64,000 nt of DNA from Candidatus Woesearchaeota archaeon (lineage in GTDB: Archaea > Nanobdellota > Nanobdellia > Woesearchaeales > ARS49). The position numbers were made by a program, and so were the translations under genes. Position 1 is the stretch's first letter. Every line of letters starts with the position of its first letter. The stretch spans positions 2,328 to 66,327 of the forward strand of contig JAGVZE010000015.1 of NCBI GenBank assembly GCA_018302815.1, given 5' to 3'. The notes under the pieces were generated by a model. The model was not told the origin of the DNA, did no database searches, and was given only the letters and a program-made list of their open reading frames with translations. This document shows, one piece after another, positions 38,871 through 47,758 of this stretch.

Positions 38871-39170
38871 GCTTTTGTGAAGAATCTTCACCGCGTCCTT
38901 ATCAAGGTCATACTCTTTTGCGAACACAGCGAGCCACGATTTTGTGTCACGAAGCTCATTCGCGACCGTCCTTATTGACTGTTTTTCAAGGCCCGACGTG
39001 TTGCACGTGATTCCCGCAAGTTCTGTTCCAAGCGCGTCCAATTCATTGTTCAGCTTTTTTACAGCCTCAGAAGAAACATCGTATTCCTGCTTTAGAACCG
39101 CAAGCCAGTTCTTCACATCACGAAGCGCGTTCGCAGCCTCAATAACACCTTTGAAATCGATTTTTGCCAT
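38826..39170 (-). CDS. Small helical protein with internal duplication
   Basis: GAGGTG RBS; two ~56-aa repeats AN-x-LRD-x-K-x-WLAV...EYD...LD...C. Confidence 0.7.
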   Translation of the reverse strand: MAKIDFKGVIEAANALRDVKNWLAVLKQEYDVSSEAVKKLNNELDALGTELAGITCNTSGLEKQSIRTVANELRDTKSWLAVFAKEYDLDKDAVKILHKSLDKFGDKLAAVKCK

Positions 39171-39273
39171 ATAAACACCTCTTTAAAGTTTTATAAGGGC
39201 GAGAGATATAAAAAGATTTGCGTATGATTGTACGTACAAAGGACATTTATACTGAATCTTTGTATACTGGTAT

Positions 39274-39477
39274 ATGATCAAACAAAACCTTGGAAAACTC
39301 GACAGGATTTTTAGATTCGTACTTGGCGTTTGGTGGATAGGTCCATTCGCGCCAATTTACTACACTCCTTGGCTTAATACTGTCATTCTAATAATCGCAT
39401 GGATCGCGCTGTTAGAGAGCTTCTTTGGATATTGCATGCTCCACGACGCTTTCGGGATAAATAATAAGAATCAGTAA
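39274..39477 (+). CDS. DUF2892/YgaP-like membrane protein
   Basis: QNLGKLDRIFRFVLG...GYCMLHDAFGIN. Confidence 0.8.
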   Translation: MIKQNLGKLDRIFRFVLGVWWIGPFAPIYYTPWLNTVILIIAWIALLESFFGYCMLHDAFGINNKNQ

Positions 39478-39515
39478 CGCTAAGAAATCAGTAAAAAAAT
39501 AAAAAGCATTCTTTC

Positions 39516-39896
39516 TTATTGTGGTAAAGCGCAGCCGGTCTTTTCAGACAATTGAGCAAAGCTAAGTTCTCCTGTTTGTCTTTCAAAGCCAAAGTCCCAA
39601 GTAGGATAGCTCTTTATGCCTTCTTTCTGGCAAATCTGCGTTTGGACATTCTGTCCTTCGATCGCGCACTCGACATAAGTCACACGGTCCCAACTGCTGC
39701 CGAACATTCTTTTTTGGTTAGCGCAGTGAGGGCACCAGTAAGCGCCATACATTTTAACGCCTTTTTCAGTTAAGCAATCAGCAAAAGCATCGTATTTTCC
39801 AGGCCCTTTTTCAGCATTCATTTGATAAACCAATAATCCTATACTTCCTACAACCGCGATAATCAAGAACCAAGTCAGTTTGCTCATGCATACCAC
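39516..39896 (-). CDS. Membrane-anchored thioredoxin-like protein (VKOR-partner type)
   Basis: CLTEKGVKMYGAYWCPHCANQK, YVEC, IKSYPTW, KTGC. Confidence 0.85.
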   Translation of the reverse strand: MVCMSKLTWFLIIAVVGSIGLLVYQMNAEKGPGKYDAFADCLTEKGVKMYGAYWCPHCANQKRMFGSSWDRVTYVECAIEGQNVQTQICQKEGIKSYPTWDFGFERQTGELSFAQLSEKTGCALPQ

Positions 39897-40005
39897 CTCA
39901 AGTGTTACACTATGTGTAATAGTTCAGATATTTAAACGTTTTGGAACACACGTTAACTTTTGAATAGAGACAAAGAATTAAAAACGAGGCTGGCTTGATG
40001 AACTT

Positions 40006-40845
40006 GTGGAAATCACATCATCAAACATCAAACTTAAACCCCGCAGGAAAACTTCCCATAAGGGGCAAAATGGAATTGTCACAGTAATAGGAGGCAGCGA
40101 AGATTATGTGGGAGCTCCCGCGCTAGTTGGAATGTCCGCTCTTGCCGTGCTTCGCAGCGGAGCAGACTTAGTGCACGTAATCGCACCAGAAAAAACCGCT
40201 TGGGCGATAAACTGCATCGCGCCAGACATCATCACGCATAAATTACCGGGCAGGCATTTCTCTTTTGTTCACGTGAAACGAACGCTTGAACTCATCAAAC
40301 ACGCGGATGTCGTCGTAATCGGAAACGGCATAACCTTGACACCTGGCGAGATAAAGTTTGTCAAAGAGATAATCAAACGCGCAAATAAGCCGCTCGTAAT
40401 CGACGCGGCTGCTCTTAGAATAACGCGAATACAAGACGTCAAAAATGCGGTGCTTTTGCCGCATGCAGGCGAACTTGAAACCCTTCTTAAAAACAGCAAA
40501 CTTACCGGGGCGTCTGTTCAAAAAACTCTTGGGACAAACATACTTGTAAAGAAAGGACATCCTCGCACGGAGATTATCTCGAAACGCGCAATAGCTATCA
40601 ATAAAACAGGACACGCAGGAATGACGCACGGCGGAACAGGAGATGTTCTTGCCGGAATAATCGCGGCTCTGATCGCGCAGGGCAACGAGCCATATATTGC
40701 AGCGTGCGCTGCGACATATGTGAACGGGAAAACCGCAGAATCGCTATCTAAAGAGCTAGGATTCGGATACTTAGCCAGCGATTTTATATCCGCGCTGCCA
40801 CGAGTATTGAAGAAATTCCAGCACTATAGCCAATCCCTGAAGTGA
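40006..40845 (+). CDS. nnrD: ADP-dependent NAD(P)H-hydrate dehydratase
   Basis: SHKGQNG, IGGSEDYVGAP, VIDA, PHAGE, GGTGDVLAG. Confidence 0.92.
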   Translation: MEITSSNIKLKPRRKTSHKGQNGIVTVIGGSEDYVGAPALVGMSALAVLRSGADLVHVIAPEKTAWAINCIAPDIITHKLPGRHFSFVHVKRTLELIKHADVVVIGNGITLTPGEIKFVKEIIKRANKPLVIDAAALRITRIQDVKNAVLLPHAGELETLLKNSKLTGASVQKTLGTNILVKKGHPRTEIISKRAIAINKTGHAGMTHGGTGDVLAGIIAALIAQGNEPYIAACAATYVNGKTAESLSKELGFGYLASDFISALPRVLKKFQHYSQSLK

Positions 40846-40869
40846 TGGAATTTTGCAGGGATTGGCTAT
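40826..40869. terminator. 14-bp perfect inverted repeat between convergent genes
   Basis: ATAGCCAATCCCTG / CAGGGATTGGCTAT. Confidence 0.45.
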
Positions 40870-40921
40870 CTAGCACGTTCAGCTCGGAACACTTCACCCT
40901 CTAACTGCTAAAACGGTTTCA

Positions 40922-41338
40922 TTATTTGCTGGACGTGCTATAGTCCCCAAATATTCTTCCTTGAATGTATGCTCCTAGAAACAAACCCGCTATTCCGAAA
41001 AAAACAGGCAAATTGCCCATTCCTAAACTCGCAAGAGCGCTTCCCGGGCACAAACCTGAGATTCCCCAGCCAACGCCAAAAATGGAAGCTCCGATCACAG
41101 TTCTTTTATCAAAAGGCTGAGTGTATTTAACAAATTCTGCGCCTACAATTGGCTTTCTCATCAGGCACGGAAGCAAAAAGTATGAAGTTGAAACGATAAG
41201 AACAGCAGCACCCATCACTAAAAGCAAGCCAAAATCAGTTAGCTGCAAGAAACTCAAAACAATTTCCGGCTTTGCCATACCACTAAATGCCAAGCCAAAA
41301 CCAAAAAGCAAACCGCCAACAAGATAGTGAAGCTTCAT
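40922..41338 (-). CDS. YeeE/YedE family sulfur-compound transporter, subunit B (PmpB-like)
   Basis: FGFGLAFSGM, FGVGWGISGLCPG. Confidence 0.88.
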   Translation of the reverse strand: MKLHYLVGGLLFGFGLAFSGMAKPEIVLSFLQLTDFGLLLVMGAAVLIVSTSYFLLPCLMRKPIVGAEFVKYTQPFDKRTVIGASIFGVGWGISGLCPGSALASLGMGNLPVFFGIAGLFLGAYIQGRIFGDYSTSSK

Positions 41339-41796
41339 GGAGACACTCCTAAACTTTTCATTGAAAGCGCCACAATTATCGCTACGGACATAAAAACAGC
41401 AACCGCTATTAACGACGGCAGGGAAAAACTGCTAAGACCGCAAATACCGTGTCCTGACGTGCATCCTCTTGAAAATCTCGCGCCAAAGCCAACAAAAAGC
41501 CCCCCTAAAAACAAACGCCACCATTGAACCCGCGTTGTAAACCATTCGCCCATTGTCATCACAAATATGACTGCGCCAAGAATAGTACCGATTCCTATCA
41601 AGAAACGCCAGTTCCTTTGCAGCTTCCATTTTTCCTGCTGGAAATATTTAGCGCGCGACACATATGAAAGAGAAGAGCTAAAGAATGTGCTCTGGCCAAC
41701 TAGCTGGCCTCCAAAAGCGTACATCAAACTTATCGCTATTCCTATTAGAGCACCGCCTAGTGCGTATTGGAAAATACCAATCGGGAAGAGCGTCAT
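41335..41796 (-). CDS. YeeE/YedE family sulfur-compound transporter, subunit A (PmpA-like)
   Basis: GGALIG, VGFGARFSRGCTSGHGICG. Confidence 0.9.
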   Translation of the reverse strand: MTLFPIGIFQYALGGALIGIAISLMYAFGGQLVGQSTFFSSSLSYVSRAKYFQQEKWKLQRNWRFLIGIGTILGAVIFVMTMGEWFTTRVQWWRLFLGGLFVGFGARFSRGCTSGHGICGLSSFSLPSLIAVAVFMSVAIIVALSMKSLGVSP

Positions 41797-41835
41797 GATG
41801 ATGGAAACTCATTCGCAATTTAAAAAACTATCCAA

Positions 41836-42012
41836 CTAATGTTTGCGGCCTTTCTTCTCACCTAAATGATGCAGACCGACAATCAGGAACAACACGGCAA
41901 GAATCGCTATCGCGATGCTCGGTCCCGAAGCCATACGGAAAACGTCTTTGTTGAACCAAAGAACCAATGCCGCACCGATAATCTGAATCCATCCTAACAT
42001 TTTAGCTTCCAT
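41836..42012 (-). CDS. Small 2-TM membrane protein
   Basis: GAGGTGAT RBS, start MEAKMLGW. Confidence 0.65.
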   Translation of the reverse strand: MEAKMLGWIQIIGAALVLWFNKDVFRMASGPSIAIAILAVLFLIVGLHHLGEKKGRKH

Positions 42013-42176
42013 TTTATCACCTCTGATACAAACTAAATCCTTTTTAGGCACATAAACTTCTCGCACGCACAGTACGGCATACTATACACAAGCGTTTTAA
42101 CCATGCGAGCAAAGAAGAATATCAATCCAATAAGTGGGCCGAAAGGTTTTGGGGGTGGCCCTTTTCTTTTTTTATT

Positions 42177-42563
42177 TCAATTCCACGATTTATCAATCAC
42201 TTCAAAACCAGCGTCAGAATACGCGATCATTCCGCCTTTCGCGTGATACAAATTAGTATAGCCAAGCTCCTGAAGCTGCTGGACAGCAGACGTGCTCATC
42301 CTGCCACTGCGGCAATACGTGAGAATCGGAGTGTTCTTGTCCGCAGGAAGATGGCCTGCGTGCGCTGAGATATTCTGCCACTCCTCAATAATCATATCTG
42401 TTTTTTCAAGCTTTCCTTCATAAGGAGTATGGACGTTCAACACGAACAAGCCCAGCTCTTCTTTCTGAGCCAAAAGCTCATTGACCTGCGCAGGTTCCAA
42501 GTCCTTGATTGCAGGACCACTGCAGGCAGCCAATACCAACAATAACAGTAAAATCTTTCTCAT
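42177..42563 (-). CDS. Rhodanese-domain lipoprotein
   Basis: LVLAAC lipobox; YCRSGRMS active loop; GGM. Confidence 0.88.
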   Translation of the reverse strand: MRKILLLLLVLAACSGPAIKDLEPAQVNELLAQKEELGLFVLNVHTPYEGKLEKTDMIIEEWQNISAHAGHLPADKNTPILTYCRSGRMSTSAVQQLQELGYTNLYHAKGGMIAYSDAGFEVIDKSWN

Positions 42564-42608
42564 ATTTTCACCCTGAATTCAACCGCTTAAAAATGTTATG
42601 AATATTGA

Positions 42609-42741
42609 TTTCATCCTTGGGTTCGATACCCCGCAGCTTGCTGCGAAGGTGCAACCCTGGATGAAAGACAGAAATTGCCTGAAAACTCGCTATCCCACGC
42701 AGCAAGCTGCGGGGTATTACGCGAGTTTTCAGGCAATTTCT
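42609..42741. repeat. Two nested hairpins containing inverted REP-like elements
   Basis: TACCCCGCAGCTTGCTGCG and its inverse CGCAGCAAGCTGCGGGGTA; 21-bp perfect IR 42670-42690/42721-42741. Confidence 0.75.
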
Positions 42742-42788
42742 TTATTTTTTAATCAACATTTAAATAACATTTTCACTATCTTACTATT

Positions 42789-43392
42789 TGTGGACAAAAA
42801 ACAGGAAAATAAAGCGTGGTTCGATCGTTGGGCGCAAACTTACGATAGATTCATCTTCAGAAGATTCATGTGGTATTGGCAGGATAGGACGCTGGCTGAA
42901 CTTACGGCGAAAAGCAAGACAATTCTTGAAATCGCCTGCGGAACAGGAGTAGGAACTGAGAAGGCAGCAAGACTTTTTCCTCGTGCAAAAATCATTGCGA
43001 CAGACTTATCGCCGGTAATGCTCACCAAAGCGCGTGAACGCCTGCGCAATAAAGCCAATGTGACTTTAAAGCTGGCAGATGTAGAGCGTTTGTCGCTAAA
43101 ACAAAAGTTTGATTCAGTGTTCTGCACAGAAGCGTTCCATCACTTTCCAAACCCCGCTAAAGCAATGTCTGAAATTAGCAAGGCCACAAAAAAGAATGGA
43201 CTGGTCGCGATCACAGACATACATATTCCTCCCCTTATGATAACGAATATTCTTTTCAAGTTAGAGCCAGGATTTGTTCACATGTATACTCGCAAGAAAT
43301 GGCGCGCATTATTCGAAGATGCGGGCTTTGAAGTAATAAAACAAAAACGCACTGGTCTTTTCGCGCTAATGACTATTGGCAAAAAGCGATGA
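42789..43392 (+). CDS. Class I SAM-dependent methyltransferase (UbiE-like fold)
   Basis: FDRWAQTYD, LEIACGTG, DLSPVML, AFHHFP. True start probably the GTG near 42790; the upstream ORF part is the repeat. Confidence 0.85.
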
Positions 43393-43445
43393 CTTGCAGT
43401 CATAAACTGCTTCTTAGCAATAACTGTTGAATTTGACGCTCATAG

Positions 43446-43694
43446 TCACTGGTGATGACTTTCGTGCTCGGTCTGTGACATTCCTTCAGGAATTGCCATC
43501 GTAGAATCGCTTGTCATCATGCCACTCATATCATGGTCCATCATGCTGTTCATGTCGTGACCCATCATCTGGCAATGCGACATCATATCACTCATGTCGT
43601 TTTGAACCAACGCGCTTGTCGCAAGAGATGACGCTATCGCAGTCAGCACTATGGCAACTGCAATAATCAAATAAAACGTGTTTTGGTTTTTCAT
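43446..43694 (-). CDS. Membrane-anchored Met/His-rich small protein (putative Cu-binding)
   Basis: TM, then MSDMMSHCQMMGHDMNSMMDHDMSGMM...EHESHH; GAGGT RBS. Confidence 0.75.
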   Translation of the reverse strand: MKNQNTFYLIIAVAIVLTAIASSLATSALVQNDMSDMMSHCQMMGHDMNSMMDHDMSGMMTSDSTMAIPEGMSQTEHESHHQ

Positions 43695-43706
43695 AGTAGT
43701 TACCTC

Positions 43707-44162
43707 TTAAATCCTCATAAATTCGCTTGATACTCCATCTTTTAGCGCATAAACCACAAAATCGCCTATTTTTTTGCCACCCATACCCGGCGAACCTGCA
43801 GGCATGCCCGGCATAGATATACCATCGATATCTGGTTTTTCGCTAAGCAATTTGTTCACAGCTTCAATAGGAACATGGCCTTCCACAAAGTAATTTCCAA
43901 CAATAGTTGTGTGGCAGCTTTCCATATCGGATGGAATGCCCTGTTCTAGTTTGAAATCAGTTAGGTCATTTGATTCAACAACTTTCACATTGAATCCCTC
44001 ACTGCTCAAATATTTCACATATCCTGAACAGCAGCCGCAAGAAGGTGATTTGTGAACAACAAACTCCTCTTTTGCCTGCACAGGCTTAGTTGAAGTAACG
44101 ATAAATGCGCCAGCTATCAATGCGACAGCAAGCACGAATCCAACAATTATTTTCCAATTCAT
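43707..44162 (-). CDS. DUF411 (CopG-like) metal-binding protein
   Basis: KSPSCGCC, SCHT, YFVEGHVP, PGMPAGSPGM; GGAGG RBS, start MNWKII. Confidence 0.9.
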   Translation of the reverse strand: MNWKIIVGFVLAVALIAGAFIVTSTKPVQAKEEFVVHKSPSCGCCSGYVKYLSSEGFNVKVVESNDLTDFKLEQGIPSDMESCHTTIVGNYFVEGHVPIEAVNKLLSEKPDIDGISMPGMPAGSPGMGGKKIGDFVVYALKDGVSSEFMRI

Positions 44163-44199
44163 AGTATGGCCTCCATTATTCACTGTTTCTTTTGTCAAC

Positions 44200-44240
44200 T
44201 GAAACACCTTATAGCAATATCGGTGAAACTAATTTCACCG
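44200..44240 (-). promoter_or_regulatory. Promoter/operator copy 1 (TATA-like box + GTGAAA-N4-TTTCAC palindrome)
   Basis: 34/41 identical to 47716-47756 with the same spacing. Confidence 0.8.
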
Positions 44241-44243
44241 CAG

Positions 44244-44915
44244 TTAAAACTCCTCGCTCTTGATTTGACCCTCTGATGCGCCTAATTCGCGAAGAATCTT
44301 TTGCGTTTGCTGCGCCATTAGAGGCGGCCCGCAAATGAAAAACATCTTATCCGCTTTATCAGGAACAGCTTTGTTTATCAAACTGGAATCAATCCTGCCC
44401 GTGAACTCTCCTTGCTCCTGAGTCAATGTGATGAAAAGTTTAACCTTGCCTGCATCGCTTATTTCCTGAAGCTCTTTTAGGAATATAACTTGCTCCTTTG
44501 TCTTGGCGCTATAAATCAAAGTCACGTTCGCGCCCGATTCTTTTTCAGCAGTGTATTGCAGGATAGACCTTAACGGAGCGATTCCCGACCCTGCGCCGAT
44601 AAGCACGACATCCTTTGCGGAATCATCAAAGCAAAAAGATCCGTGCGGACCTCTAACTTCAATTGCGTACCCAACCGGCAGATTCTGCAAATGCTTTGAA
44701 AAATGCGGATTCTGAACCAGCTTCACAGTGATGTCAACATAATCATGCGAAGGCGAAGACGAAGCAGAATACGCCCTGCAATCTTCCAAATAATCAACCA
44801 TATCATAAAAGATGAAATATTGGCCCGGCCTGAAACTCACTTTTTTTGACGGCTTGAAACGTATAGTCACAACGCCCGGCGTTTCCTGCATCTTGCCTAT
44901 AACAGTCCATTCCAT
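44244..44915 (-). CDS. FNR-like FAD/NAD(P)-binding oxidoreductase
   Basis: FRPGQY, RAYS, GPHG, GAGSGIAP, FICGP, terminal EEF. Confidence 0.88.
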   Translation of the reverse strand: MEWTVIGKMQETPGVVTIRFKPSKKVSFRPGQYFIFYDMVDYLEDCRAYSASSSPSHDYVDITVKLVQNPHFSKHLQNLPVGYAIEVRGPHGSFCFDDSAKDVVLIGAGSGIAPLRSILQYTAEKESGANVTLIYSAKTKEQVIFLKELQEISDAGKVKLFITLTQEQGEFTGRIDSSLINKAVPDKADKMFFICGPPLMAQQTQKILRELGASEGQIKSEEF

Positions 44916-46016
44916 TTAGCTTCTTGCCTCCGCGATAACTTCACTAATCCTTGCGAACCCATCTGCTTGAATAAGATTCACAAGCTCGCGATTGATTTTC
45001 GAAATGACAGTCGGACCTTCGTAAATCATGGACGTCACCAATTGGACGAGCGAAGCGCCATTCTTTAGCTTCTCATACGCGTCTTTTCCTGTGAATATTC
45101 CTCCGCAGCCCATAAGGATTTTATCTGTGCGTTTGCTCACAAACGAGAGCGCATTGTTAGACTGAGCCTGCACGGGCAAACCGCTGAGCGCGCCCTTTGG
45201 CGAAAGCGCATCGAGTTGTTCCTTGCTAGTATTCATTCCAACACGGTTTGTGCGCAAATTGCTGATGATAAATCCAGTAACCCACGGGTGCTTATCCGCG
45301 ATGTCGACGACTTCTCCAAGCTCGGCTTGGGTGAAATCGCTCTTGATTTTAAGAAACACAGGCTTTAGATGTTTCTCTTTCGCGATAGCCTTCAAAAGTA
45401 AATCGAGCTTATTCGGGTCCTGATAAGTGATGCCATCAGAAGTATTAGGACAGCTCACATTGATAGTTGTGTACGCGCCCAAATGATGCATTCTAAGGAA
45501 CGCCTTGCGGTAATCCTGAATGCCCTCTTCTAAACCGAGCGAAGGGTCGTTTGTTTTGGCAACACTAAAACCGATCGGGATTTTGAATCTCGCGCTTGCC
45601 AGACGATGCGAAATCACGTCCGCTCCTTGGTTGTAAAGCCCGTAATTCACAAGAATCGATTTCTCCTGCGGAAGCCTGAACAACCGCGGCCTTGGATTAC
45701 CAAGGCACGGTGCGCCAGTTATAGAACCAAGTTCTGCATGGCCAAAACCAATCTCTGGCAAAATTTTGTACAATTGAGCGTTCTTATCAAACCCTGCCGC
45801 AAGCCCAACAGGATTCTTGAAATCTATTCCAGCGACATTATTTCGTAAGGATGGGTGCTCATAATAAAACATCGCGCGAGTCAGCGCACGGCCAAATCCG
45901 GTGTTTCCAAGCGCTTTGCCTGTGCGCATCATTCTATCGTGCACGTTTTCAGGATCAAACTTAAAGAAAACAGGTTTTAGCACGTTTTTGTAGATTTGTT
46001 CTATCATTTCATCCAC
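44916..46016 (-). CDS. pyrD: Quinone-dependent (class 2) dihydroorotate dehydrogenase
   Basis: DPENVH, NPVGLAAGFDK, GNPRPRLFRL, NVSCPNT, GALSG, GCGGI, GASLVQL. Confidence 0.92.
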   Translation of the reverse strand: MDEMIEQIYKNVLKPVFFKFDPENVHDRMMRTGKALGNTGFGRALTRAMFYYEHPSLRNNVAGIDFKNPVGLAAGFDKNAQLYKILPEIGFGHAELGSITGAPCLGNPRPRLFRLPQEKSILVNYGLYNQGADVISHRLASARFKIPIGFSVAKTNDPSLGLEEGIQDYRKAFLRMHHLGAYTTINVSCPNTSDGITYQDPNKLDLLLKAIAKEKHLKPVFLKIKSDFTQAELGEVVDIADKHPWVTGFIISNLRTNRVGMNTSKEQLDALSPKGALSGLPVQAQSNNALSFVSKRTDKILMGCGGIFTGKDAYEKLKNGASLVQLVTSMIYEGPTVISKINRELVNLIQADGFARISEVIAEARS

Positions 46017-47700
46017 CTCTGTGCGCCATCGGCGTACTGAATAAGAATATGTTTATTCCGATAATTACCAGCAACAACAATGTGTGTGGCAAAACAATTT
46101 TGATAGCTCCTAGCACTGAACCTTCTTTCACAAGAGCTATCCTGTACGCGACATATAGAGTGCCTATGCCTCCTACTCCTATAAGCGCGAATTGCAAACC
46201 TGAAATCACAGGTGAACTGGCAAGAGCACCTTCAAATGCCACTTTGCCTGTCACCAAACCAGCGAATGCTCCTATGATGGACTTTCCTTCCGCTAGCAAG
46301 TGGAACAAATTGTGCGCAAGATGCCCTGCCACATCAATTGGAATGAACGCGTAACCAAAAGCCGCGAAATTCGAAGCAGTAGACCCTTTGACCGATTGCA
46401 GCCTGCTCGATATAAAACTCGTAATGCTCATAAGTAACAATGGAATCGCTATAGCAGCGAAGTAAAGTATCGTTATGGCTACCTTCTCGCCAAATCCCCA
46501 ACCCATCACGACGCGTTGAAGGTCGCTCCAAACAGCAAGCATGCCAAGATTCTGGATTATGACGATACCAACCATCAATTTCGCAAAAAAACTCTCTGAG
46601 AAACTAACCTTAGCATGGCTCCAAAGCTCTGAAGCTATGCTTCGCGCTTTAAGCGCTATATTGTCATTAGGACAATTCTTGATGCAGCTGGCGCAAAGAT
46701 TGCAATTACGCATACCTGCCTTAGCAGGCATCGTAGAAAAATAAGGACAGCCAGGAGCCTTGCCGCTTCCAAAAAAGCAAGCCTTTGCCTTACAAGTCGC
46801 GCAAACTTCCGGATTCTTTGTCTCTATCGAAATGCCTGAAAGCATGGAGTAGTTCCCGCTAACTCCTCCAAGGAAGCAAATGTGCTTGCAGAAAGTGCGC
46901 CGCTCGTAAGTGGCGCTGATGATGACGACTCCAAATAATATCAGGACGAACACCGATCCTGACAGCCAAGGAGTATCAACCATTCCATATAACCTATCAA
47001 ATAACGTGATAGCGATGAATATTCCATCAGTAATCCAAATGCCATATTTGACAAGAAAACGCCCCGGCCTTCGCGCAGGGTGGATGAATTTTTGGACAAA
47101 ATCGCCAATGATTGGAAGCGGACATATGACGCACCAAATCCTGCCGAACAATATGAACGTCAAAGGAACAAGAGGCCACCACAAAGTCCAAGCAAGAATC
47201 GAACCCGGATTGCGTGAATATGAAAGAGAACCGAAAAAGAAGAAATAAAAGATAAAAATGAAAAAGATAAAAGTAGGTATTTGGAGCATTAACGGATAAG
47301 CCCTGCTTTTCATTAATTTGTTAATAATTGAGAACTCCAAAAGGTCCTTGCCCGCAAGCCCCCTGAAGAAGAAAATGAATCCGATGAGCAGAATACTTGC
47401 TAAAACAAACGTGATTCCGGTCACAATAGGAGACTTCTCCTGAACCATACTTGAATGGTCATGACCGCCGCTATCTGCTTGTTCGCCAGTTATTACTGGC
47501 TCCTGCGCAAGCATAACGTGGCCTGTATGCTCTTCGTGACCGCTGTTGACAACTTGTTCGGCTACTATAGTATTGTTTACAGTAGTGTTCTGCATAGGCA
47601 TTACGTGGCCTGTATGCTCTGAATGGATGTCTGAAACTGCCAGTACACTACCCGAAAGCAGGGCCACCAACAACCAAAACATTGTGAGTTTCGCTCGCAT
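46009..47700 (-). CDS. Polytopic 4Fe-4S membrane protein (NapH/FixG/YccM-like) with His-rich N-terminus
   Basis: HSEHTGHVM, HEEHTGHVM, GHDHSSM; GRIWCVICP, FCKHIC, CATC...C, CNLCASCIKNCP. Confidence 0.82.
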   Translation of the reverse strand: MRAKLTMFWLLVALLSGSVLAVSDIHSEHTGHVMPMQNTTVNNTIVAEQVVNSGHEEHTGHVMLAQEPVITGEQADSGGHDHSSMVQEKSPIVTGITFVLASILLIGFIFFFRGLAGKDLLEFSIINKLMKSRAYPLMLQIPTFIFFIFIFYFFFFGSLSYSRNPGSILAWTLWWPLVPLTFILFGRIWCVICPLPIIGDFVQKFIHPARRPGRFLVKYGIWITDGIFIAITLFDRLYGMVDTPWLSGSVFVLILFGVVIISATYERRTFCKHICFLGGVSGNYSMLSGISIETKNPEVCATCKAKACFFGSGKAPGCPYFSTMPAKAGMRNCNLCASCIKNCPNDNIALKARSIASELWSHAKVSFSESFFAKLMVGIVIIQNLGMLAVWSDLQRVVMGWGFGEKVAITILYFAAIAIPLLLMSITSFISSRLQSVKGSTASNFAAFGYAFIPIDVAGHLAHNLFHLLAEGKSIIGAFAGLVTGKVAFEGALASSPVISGLQFALIGVGGIGTLYVAYRIALVKEGSVLGAIKIVLPHTLLLLVIIGINIFLFSTPMAHRGG

Positions 47701-47715
47701 AACACGAGAAACCCT

Positions 47716-47756
47716 TGAAACACCTTATAGGTATACTGGTGAAACCAGTTTCACTG
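47716..47756 (-). promoter_or_regulatory. Promoter/operator copy 2
   Basis: TGAAACACCTTATAG-N7-GGTGAAACCAGTTTCACTG; TATA-like box ~23 nt from ATG 47700. Confidence 0.8.
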
Positions 47757-47758
47757 TC

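Noticed and set aside
40826..40869. Possible archaeal SECIS element
   Set aside because: GAA/A geometry is poor and no in-frame TGA selenoprotein candidate was seen; better explained as an intergenic hairpin.
42598..42788. N-terminal extension of the methyltransferase
   Set aside because: It runs through the palindromic repeat; methyltransferase-like sequence starts near 42790.
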